Source: Gammaproteobacteria bacterium (GTDB lineage: Bacteria; Pseudomonadota; Gammaproteobacteria; SZUA-140). Taken from it: DNA of 64,000 nucleotides. This document shows positions 49,152-56,056 of the stretch, piece after piece. How positions within the stretch are numbered: the stretch's first letter is position 1; each line of letters opens with the position of its first letter. The position numbers were made by a program, and so were the translations under genes. The DNA lies in the NCBI GenBank assembly GCA_020847075.1, contig JADLCS010000030.1, forward strand, positions 25,105 through 89,104, given 5' to 3'. Under the pieces are notes generated by a model. The model saw only the letters and a program-made list of their open reading frames with translations. It did no database searches and was not told the origin of the DNA.

Positions 49152-50387
49152 ATGCAAGACCACTGCCCTGTCATTTGGCCCCGCGCCATTCTTCACGTGG
49201 ACATGAACGCCTTCTTCGCCTCGATCGAGCAGCGGGACTTCCCCCGGCTCCGGGGCAAGCCCGTGGCCGTGACCAATGGGTTAACCGGAACGTGCATCAT
49301 CACTTCGAGCTACGAGGCCCGGGCCTTTGGGATTAAGACCGGGATGCGGATCAGGGAGGCACTCCAGAAGTGCCCCAAGCTCATCCAGCGCCCGGCCCGA
49401 CCGGAAGTCTATGCCCGGATCTCCACCGGCATCATGAAGGCCCTGGAGGCCATCACCCCGGATCTTGAGATCTTCTCCTGTGACGAAGCCTTCTTGGATG
49501 TGACCCGGTGCCAGAAGCTCCACGGGACCCCAGTCCGGAGGGGGAAGATGGTCAAGCAGATCGTATTCCGTGCTTCAGGCATCCTGTGCTCGGTCGGGAT
49601 CGCCGGGGACAAGACCACGGCCAAGTTTGCCGCGAAGCTGCAGAAGCCAAACGGCCTCATCGTGATTCCCCCTTGGGAAGCGGCAGACCGCCTCAAGGAT
49701 GTCCCCGTCACTCAGCTCTGTGGGATCGCCAATGGCATCGGGAATTTCCTCGCCCAGCACGGCGTCCATGTCTGTGGGGACATGCACAAGCTCCCGATCA
49801 GCATCCTCGGCCAGCGGTTCGGGAATCTCGGCCGGCGGATCTGGCTGATGTGCCAGGGGGCGGACCCGGACAAGATCCACACCGATGTCCCGGCGCCCAA
49901 GTCGATGGGGCACGGGAAAGTGTTACCGCCGAACACTCAGGACCGCCAAACCCTCGTCACCTACCTCACCCACATGAGCGAGAAGGTCGGGCAGCGGCTG
50001 CGGAAGAACAAAATGGAAGGTCAGGAGTTTCTGATCGGGTTGCGTACACTCAACGGCTGGATCGGGGACCGCTTCAGAACGAAAGTCCCCACCAGCGACA
50101 GCCGGCCGATCCTTCAGCTTAGTCAGTTCGTGTTAACCAATCTGTGGAAGGGCGAAGGCATCTTCCAAGTGCAGATCACCGTGCTGGATCCGAAGCCGAG
50201 GCGGCAGCAGATGGACATGTTTGAGGCGCAGGATGAGGTGCGGACGCAGCTCAACGAGGTAATGGACCGGGTCAACGAAAAGTACGGTGAGTTTACACTC
50301 GCGCCCGGTTACCTGATCAACCGGTCAGAAATGCCTAACGTCATCGCCCCAGCATGGAAACCATTCGGACATCGGCAGACGATATGA
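49152..50387 (+). CDS. dinB: Y-family DNA polymerase (DinB/Pol IV-like)
   Basis: ILHVDMNAFFASIEQRD (catalytic Asp) and SCDEAFLDVT (catalytic D-E), followed by little-finger-type C-terminal sequence. The start was trimmed to MQDHCPV (ATG at 49152). Confidence 0.85.
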   Translation: MQDHCPVIWPRAILHVDMNAFFASIEQRDFPRLRGKPVAVTNGLTGTCIITSSYEARAFGIKTGMRIREALQKCPKLIQRPARPEVYARISTGIMKALEAITPDLEIFSCDEAFLDVTRCQKLHGTPVRRGKMVKQIVFRASGILCSVGIAGDKTTAKFAAKLQKPNGLIVIPPWEAADRLKDVPVTQLCGIANGIGNFLAQHGVHVCGDMHKLPISILGQRFGNLGRRIWLMCQGADPDKIHTDVPAPKSMGHGKVLPPNTQDRQTLVTYLTHMSEKVGQRLRKNKMEGQEFLIGLRTLNGWIGDRFRTKVPTSDSRPILQLSQFVLTNLWKGEGIFQVQITVLDPKPRRQQMDMFEAQDEVRTQLNEVMDRVNEKYGEFTLAPGYLINRSEMPNVIAPAWKPFGHRQTI

Positions 50388-50468
50388 TCAATAATAATCT
50401 CTCGGATGTTTCAAAGTGTATTCGGCGTGACTCCGCCGGACTATCAGCGAGCGTATCATAATGTCTGA
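50388..50468 (+). pseudogene. Remnant of the C-terminus of an AraC/XylS-family regulator
   Basis: Hand translation gives ..SRMFQSVFGVTPPDYQRAYHNV*, which matches the end of the second AraC HTH (F...FG.TP..Y). Only about 25 codons are present, directly after the dinB stop. Confidence 0.35.
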
Positions 50469-50701
50469 AATTAGCCATCACACTGTGTCTGTTGTCCCCC
50501 ACCACTTAGTGGCCATATCCATGCCTCGAGCAAACGACGGGCTGTGTGTTCCCGTTTTTTGCAGGTTTTTCTCATAATCTATCTGGAAAGAGTGTAATTT
50601 CTAATCATTTGTGCACTGACATTTATCACGCAATATCGCAAATATAAATGAGGGTGGGTGTGTCATGAAGTATAAGGCTTGTTTGAGATATCCTCGCGGG
50701 C

Positions 50702-52867
50702 ATGAACCAAGCAACCCGAACTGAAGAGGAAGTCTTCGAAGATCTGGCGGCGCTCTGCAGCCGCCCTGGCTACATCCACGCCTTAGCGGCCTTGTCCTTC
50801 CGGGACAATGTGATCCTCTATAACGGTAACATGAAAGAGGAAGACCTTAGTAGGTTATCTTCTCCTGAACGTCTAAATCGATTGGAATTTAACACTTTGA
50901 TCGGCCTGATGATCAAGGCTGAAATCGATTGGTCACTTCCTACACCAAAAGTTTTACAGGGATATTTAGATGATACTGACCGCCTTCTGATCGAATTACA
51001 CGAATGTCTGTCCAGAGAATTATTTTCAGGGTTATCTAAAGAAAAGATCAAGACCGGTTCAATAAATCCATTTGAACGGGGGAAAGCGCTCCGAGAGCCA
51101 ATCTTCTACGGTGGTGAATCTGCATATAACTTTCAATACCTTGATTTATCAATTCGGAAATATGCAGCCGATGCCCCATGGCTGTACAAAAATCTAGGCT
51201 TTAACATCGACGAAGCTACGCGTATCGCAAAGACGATTGATGAACTCTATGAAGAAAAATTAGAAGCAGTTCGAGAACTGATGCGAATGCTACATCCAGA
51301 CGAATGGACAATGCTTCCGCTATTTACTTTTAACGTGGATGAGATTGCGGCGAAACATGGTTACGCCATCGATCTAGTAAAGCGGATTCTTAGCGCGTTT
51401 ACAATATCTACCGACGAACGAAATCCAGAATTCAGAACATTACAGGACTTCAATATTGCTACAGCGAAGCCATTTCTGAGGACGCCAGATGGTGAGTTAG
51501 TATTGTTGCAATCTTATTCGTTCGCTGAGGCAATCTACGACGCCCCCTTTTATTGGATGGCTCTGGACAAGGATTATCTCCCAGTACATTCCAAGAACCG
51601 AGGTGACTTTACCGAAAATTTTGTGGCGGAGCGCCTCCGCCTGGTATTTGGTCCTGATCACGTCTATCTAAATGTCAACATCATTGAGAGCAATAATAAT
51701 CGGGTCTCTGAGATTGATGTCCTGGTCATCTGGGGTAATCGAATCATCATCACACAAGCTAAGTCTAAACGACTAACCCTGGGAGCGCGGAAGGGTAATG
51801 ACCAAATGATCCGCGACGATTTCAAACATGCAGTACAAGCGGCTTACGAACAGGGGGCCATTTGCGCCAAGTGTCTGCTCGACAAAAGTTACAAGGTGGC
51901 CACTCCGGATGGAAACGATATTAAATTGCCGCAGAAGATAAAAGAAGTCTATCTTTTTTGTGTCGTAAGTGACCACTATCCGGCGTTAAGTTTTCAATCT
52001 CGACAGTTTCTACAAGTAGTTAACATTGATCAGGTACAAGCGCCGTTAGTGATGGATGTATTTGCCATTGATGCAATGACAGAAATGCTACAGTCACCAT
52101 TACAGTTCCTGAGCTACTTAAACCGCCGGGCCAACTACAGCGATAAAATCATGGCTTCATTGGAACTGGTAATTCTTGGTTATCACCTCAAATACAACCT
52201 CTGGCTAGATCCTGAGTATGACTTCGTACAGCTTGGTGATGATTTTTCAACCGCACTTGATATTGCAATGATGGCTCGACGTAACAATATAAAAGGAGTT
52301 GATACGCCAGACGGAGTTTTAACTCGTTGCAGAAATACGACGATTGGTCAGGTAATCAAACAGATTGAGGCACGACCGGAGCCTGCAACTATAGACCTCG
52401 GCTTTATGCTTCTTAGGATGAGTGAACAAGCAATTATTGATCTTAGCCGAGTCGTAAACCATCTGGCAGCTCGCACACGAGCTGATGGTAAGGTTCATGA
52501 TGCATCTTTCAGTTTCAAGGAAGACTCAGGAATCACTTTCCACTGTACTGATGAGCCAGTTTATAATGCAGGCCCTAGGTTGGAAGCCTACTGTAATCTA
52601 CGCAAATACAGAGAGAAAGCTAGAGAGTGGTTTGGCCTCTGCATGAGTTCGAAAGGTCCAAAAGTAAGGTTTGGTGTATCATTGGTATATCCATGGGCAC
52701 ATGACGCTGAGATGGATGTGAGATCAAAGTCAATGCAGTCACCGATGCCTATTGATCAGGGCCTCCGAGCTATACGTACAAGTCGGTGCAGGAGAAAGAA
52801 GATTGGTCGGAATGACCCCTGTCCATGCGGTAGTGGACGTAAGTACAAGAAATGTTGTCTTAACTAA
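50702..52867 (+). CDS. Large orphan protein with PD-(D/E)xK/NERD-like core and C-terminal SEC-C metal-binding motif
   Basis: 721 aa. The core GDFTENFVAERL...VSEIDVLVIWGNRIIITQAKSKRL fits an E...D...(Q/E)xK nuclease-fold signature. The C-terminus GRNDPCPCGSGRKYKKCC is a canonical SEC-C motif. I recognise no other domains. Confidence 0.6.
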   Translation: MNQATRTEEEVFEDLAALCSRPGYIHALAALSFRDNVILYNGNMKEEDLSRLSSPERLNRLEFNTLIGLMIKAEIDWSLPTPKVLQGYLDDTDRLLIELHECLSRELFSGLSKEKIKTGSINPFERGKALREPIFYGGESAYNFQYLDLSIRKYAADAPWLYKNLGFNIDEATRIAKTIDELYEEKLEAVRELMRMLHPDEWTMLPLFTFNVDEIAAKHGYAIDLVKRILSAFTISTDERNPEFRTLQDFNIATAKPFLRTPDGELVLLQSYSFAEAIYDAPFYWMALDKDYLPVHSKNRGDFTENFVAERLRLVFGPDHVYLNVNIIESNNNRVSEIDVLVIWGNRIIITQAKSKRLTLGARKGNDQMIRDDFKHAVQAAYEQGAICAKCLLDKSYKVATPDGNDIKLPQKIKEVYLFCVVSDHYPALSFQSRQFLQVVNIDQVQAPLVMDVFAIDAMTEMLQSPLQFLSYLNRRANYSDKIMASLELVILGYHLKYNLWLDPEYDFVQLGDDFSTALDIAMMARRNNIKGVDTPDGVLTRCRNTTIGQVIKQIEARPEPATIDLGFMLLRMSEQAIIDLSRVVNHLAARTRADGKVHDASFSFKEDSGITFHCTDEPVYNAGPRLEAYCNLRKYREKAREWFGLCMSSKGPKVRFGVSLVYPWAHDAEMDVRSKSMQSPMPIDQGLRAIRTSRCRRKKIGRNDPCPCGSGRKYKKCCLN

Positions 52868-52899
52868 ATCTAGCTGACCGAGTATATCAGGTGCACGCT

Positions 52900-53110
52900 T
52901 CACTCAAAGGTGCCCAAGATCAGTATCGCGCCCACGAATCTCACGGGTGGTCTGTATTCGACAAGCACATCCCTCAACACCACCATCCCTCGCATAGCGC
53001 CGACGCCGATGACGGCATGACTGGAACCTTGTTGAGGATGATAGTAATTGGCGCGCGGTGGCTGGGTAATTCGCGATTAACTCGTCTTATATCCTTGTTA
53101 GTACGAGCAG
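52900..53110 (-). pseudogene. Decayed second csrA-like copy
   Basis: The minus strand from 53110 reads CTGCTCGTACTAACAAGG, matching 17 of the first 18 nt of the intact csrA-like gene. It translates as LLVLTRI*DELIANYPAT, with a CTG at the start position and a TAA at codon 8 (53087-53089). Another frame then gives RAPITIILNKV, matching APIKIKINKA of the intact copy, so at least one frameshift is present. Confidence 0.6.
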
Positions 53111-53143
53111 ATTGCCTCCTAGTCGTTATGAGCGTCAATTCTA

Positions 53144-53308
53144 CTACGGTTTTTGCCACCAATAATCTATAAACTTCTTTAGCCGAGGATGATCACGATA
53201 GAAATCGTTCACTCGATGCTTATCTAATAATCCACGCGTAATAACCCCACGCCAAGCTAAAAAGGCCATGCAGATAATGAGCCCAATGATCGCTTCTAGC
53301 AGATCCAT
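53144..53308 (-). CDS. Small hydrophobic protein (54 aa), unannotated in ORF track
   Basis: Hand translation gives MDLLEAIIGLIICMAFLAWRGVITRGLLDKHRVNDFYRDHPRLKKFIDYWWQKP*. GGAG lies 6 nt upstream of its ATG, and the gene starts 20 nt after the csrA-like stop. Confidence 0.4.
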   Translation of the reverse strand: MDLLEAIIGLIICMAFLAWRGVITRGLLDKHRVNDFYRDHPRLKKFIDYWWQKP

Positions 53309-53327
53309 TAATATCTCCAAACCGCGA

Positions 53328-53525
53328 TCATGCTGACACTATCTCCTCTCGCACAACCTTTAATCCCTGCGGCGCTTCGATACCCATGCTGACTTGTGTT
53401 TTGGCTTTATTGATTTTGATCTTAATTGGTGCATCAAATACGTCGCCGATAGGCGTAGATAGATCGAGATCGTCAGCGGGGTAAATCGAAACTGACTCGC
53501 CTTCCTTCCTTGTTAGTACGAGCAT
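53328..53525 (-). CDS. CsrA/RsmA-family RNA-binding regulator, divergent island-borne paralog
   Basis: MLVLTRKEGESVSI...IKIKINKAKTQVSMGIEAPQGLKVVREEI aligns with CsrA (MLILTRRVGETLMIGD...VRIGVNAPKEVSVHREEI). There is an insertion of about 15 aa (PADDLDLSTPIGDVFDA) after strand 1. Confidence 0.75.
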   Translation of the reverse strand: MLVLTRKEGESVSIYPADDLDLSTPIGDVFDAPIKIKINKAKTQVSMGIEAPQGLKVVREEIVSA

Positions 53526-53733
53526 GTGACCTCCTTTTGTTTTCGTTATCTATACCGCAATTACACCTTATAGTAACTCCACCCCCCTGAAATACAGTCC
53601 TATTTCCGGATTGCGTCGAAACCAACAACCCATTTTTGAAAATTTCAGGACTGGGCCCCATTGATTTTTCAATTTTAATCGGCGCTTACGCGCACTCCCA
53701 GAAGGATTGTCACTTCATCTAGGAGACAATCTC

Positions 53734-54231
53734 ATGTCAGTTCCGCTGTTCCAACTCCTCGAATCCACAGGTAAGTACCACGTTACCGCGCCAGTCTCAA
53801 AAGAGGATATTTTACATCAAGCTCGATTAATCGTTGAAGATCAGGTCTCGCCCGGAATGGTAATCACGAGTCCTGGAGATACAAAGGACTTTTTTATTAT
53901 GCAGTTCGCTGGCCTAGAACACGAGGTCTTTTCTTGCTTATTTCTCGATACTAGGCACAGGGTTCTCTCATTTCGGGAATTATTCGTAGGTACAATATAA
54001 GGCTGCTCAGTACACCCAAGGGAGGTAGTCAAGGCCGGCTTAAAGCACAACTCTGCTGCTGTCATTTTTGGGCACAATCACCCAAGCGGCGTGCCAGAAC
54101 CCAGCCAAGCAGATCAGCGGCTCACCCAGCGGCTACGTGAAGCACTCAGTCTCATAGACATACGCGTCCTTGATCACATTGTTGTCGGCGGGTCACAGGC
54201 TGTTTCGTTTGCAGAACTTGGCCTTATCTAA
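53734..54231 (+). pseudogene. radC: radC-like JAB/MPN-domain gene interrupted by an in-frame TAA
   Basis: The ORF ends ...FRELFVGTI* at 53998-54000. The same frame continues [63 protein letters not shown]... to a TAA at 54229-54231, so the JAMM motif HNHPSG lies after the stop. Confidence 0.8.
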
Positions 54232-54390
54232 CCCGATGGCGAGTCTAGCAGGCCCTCCCTGCTGGCTTGCCATTCTTTCTTGATGATCTCTCATTATTAG
54301 AGTAGCAGCCCCACTCTCGTATCCGTTAAGGTCTCACTACAACTATTTACATTTAATCCCGTCACCTATCAACGCAACAAGGAGGTTGCA

Positions 54391-55113
54391 ATGAAATATA
54401 CACACCGTGAGCTAATACTTTCTTCTTACGCGTTTCATCGCGCGCTTCAACGCATTACAAATTCTGGCTACGATGCATCCTGCCAATATTGGGGAACGTG
54501 TCTTGGTGGTAACTGGAAGGGCCTCGTGTCAGCCGCTAGTACTGTCGGGGAAGTCGACATTCACCCATCATTTAATAATCTCCAGTACTGTCTACAGGAG
54601 GAGGATATTACGGTTTCAATAAATGATGCTGCAACGTTACTCCTCGCGGGTCTTGAAGCCAGAAATGAATTGCTTACTGAAGGGCAGGCATCAAACCGTC
54701 GAGAACGAATTTGTCGTGCTGTAATATCAAGGGCTATTGAAGAATTAGAGCTTAGAAAGATCTTCGCCTGGGACCCGAACGGTAACGAGATTATCGAAAG
54801 TGGGGAATTTGTAACTCAGATAGCTGGATTACCTGCCCGCATAAACTGGGCTGAGATTGGGTATTCTGAAATAAGGTTAACGGTAATTGTCGCAAAACCC
54901 GATCACAAACTCCCAAAATCTCCCACCGACTTTGGGTTCAAGCGCGACGCAATATTTACGACCACGACTTGGCTTGAGCGACTTGAGGGCCCATACGTCC
55001 AGAAATCACGATATCTGACGTATATCAGTCAGCAAGCAAAGGGGCTCGAGCAATTAGAGATTCCCCCAGAATGCCAACGTCCCTATCGCTTTGTAAACAC
55101 AAGCTGGCATTGA
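54391..55113 (+). CDS. Hypothetical protein (240 aa)
   Basis: A strong SD (AAGGAGG, 5 nt) and coherent low-GC codon usage. No motif recognised. Confidence 0.55.
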   Translation: MKYTHRELILSSYAFHRALQRITNSGYDASCQYWGTCLGGNWKGLVSAASTVGEVDIHPSFNNLQYCLQEEDITVSINDAATLLLAGLEARNELLTEGQASNRRERICRAVISRAIEELELRKIFAWDPNGNEIIESGEFVTQIAGLPARINWAEIGYSEIRLTVIVAKPDHKLPKSPTDFGFKRDAIFTTTTWLERLEGPYVQKSRYLTYISQQAKGLEQLEIPPECQRPYRFVNTSWH

Positions 55114-55120
55114 GAGTGCA

Positions 55121-55372
55121 TTACGTAGCCATTTGCTGCAACTGTAAAAGTACGGTTATCTGATCCCGCAGTAACCGAGCGAGGTTTCTCAGCCTTCGGG
55201 TCAGGCCAGGGGCCCGACCGTTCTGTGAACTGCGCACCTTGCCTGCCGGTGTCTTAGGGCCAGTTGATCGCAACCAGGGCTTCCAGCGATGGATTGCCTT
55301 GGATTGCGCGACCCGTCGTTCTTGCGTCCAGCCTCTATTGTTCACTGCTCCCCTCCAAAGCTGCCAGTGCAT
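55121..55372 (-). CDS. Hypothetical basic protein (83 aa)
   Basis: The ORF includes WTQERRVAQSKAIHRWKPWLRSTGPKTPAGKVRSSQNG. It overlaps the upstream ORF by 38 nt in a different frame and has no clear SD. Confidence 0.35.
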   Translation of the reverse strand: MHWQLWRGAVNNRGWTQERRVAQSKAIHRWKPWLRSTGPKTPAGKVRSSQNGRAPGLTRRLRNLARLLRDQITVLLQLQQMAT

Positions 55373-55751
55373 TCAACTCGTCGTCACCCATAGCGCATAA
55401 ATCTTTCCCAATAGCTGATGTGGAGCGAGGTATCTCGGTCAGAACCTTAGCGGTTAACACAAACTGCGCTTGCGCACGCAGTGCTAGGCGCATCAACTCA
55501 GATTTAGCTAGGATCGAGCTTTCCTCGAGCGCCTCCCGGCCCAAGAGATGGAATAGGCTATCGAGTGCTGTGGCTTGTGCGCCGAGTGAAGTTCGAAGAA
55601 CTTCGCCACTCCGTACGGCGTGTGTCGCGGCCTGGAACTCCGCACTAAGTACGTCGATCTTCGTCGTAAGTACTTCGCGTCTGTGAGTATCTTTATTCAT
55701 TAGTTCCCGCTTCCGTCTAGTCCATGCCGGGCGAATATCGATTGTTGCCAA
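55335..55751 (-). CDS. Hypothetical helical protein (121-138 aa)
   Basis: An ORF with helical, A/L/E-rich composition. An alternative start MNKDTHRR is at 55700. Confidence 0.4.
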   Translation of the reverse strand: MATIDIRPAWTRRKRELMNKDTHRREVLTTKIDVLSAEFQAATHAVRSGEVLRTSLGAQATALDSLFHLLGREALEESSILAKSELMRLALRAQAQFVLTAKVLTEIPRSTSAIGKDLCAMGDDELNALAALEGSSEQ

Positions 55752-55769
55752 AATAGTGGCCCGTCGTTA

Positions 55770-56017
55770 CCTGGACCGCGCACATATCTACTAATCGATA
55801 AAATATAGTAATATCAGGATGCTGAGGCTAGGTCCAAGTTGTCCGTGTAATATGTTATGAACACACTCGAGGGGAGCAGCATGGAGCACTGACCTCGATA
55901 GTATTTATCCATAAAATGTAAAAATGGTTGGACTACCTGGACCTCTGTTATATCTCATTGTTTTCGCATATTTTTCTGTGCTCACACGCCTGGACCAGTA
56001 CCGGCCACACTTGGACC
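55770..56017. repeat. Iteron-like cluster of YTGGACC motifs (candidate replication origin)
   Basis: CCTGGACC at 55770, 55936 and 55989; CTTGGACC at 56010 and inverted at 55831-55838; GTTGGACT at 55927-55934 (TTGGAC at 55928-55933). All lie in the non-coding stretch immediately after the primase-helicase stop (56057). Confidence 0.55.
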
Positions 56018-56056
56018 TGTGACCGCGTCTCTCAGTACGAAGTACGACGTGCGAAG

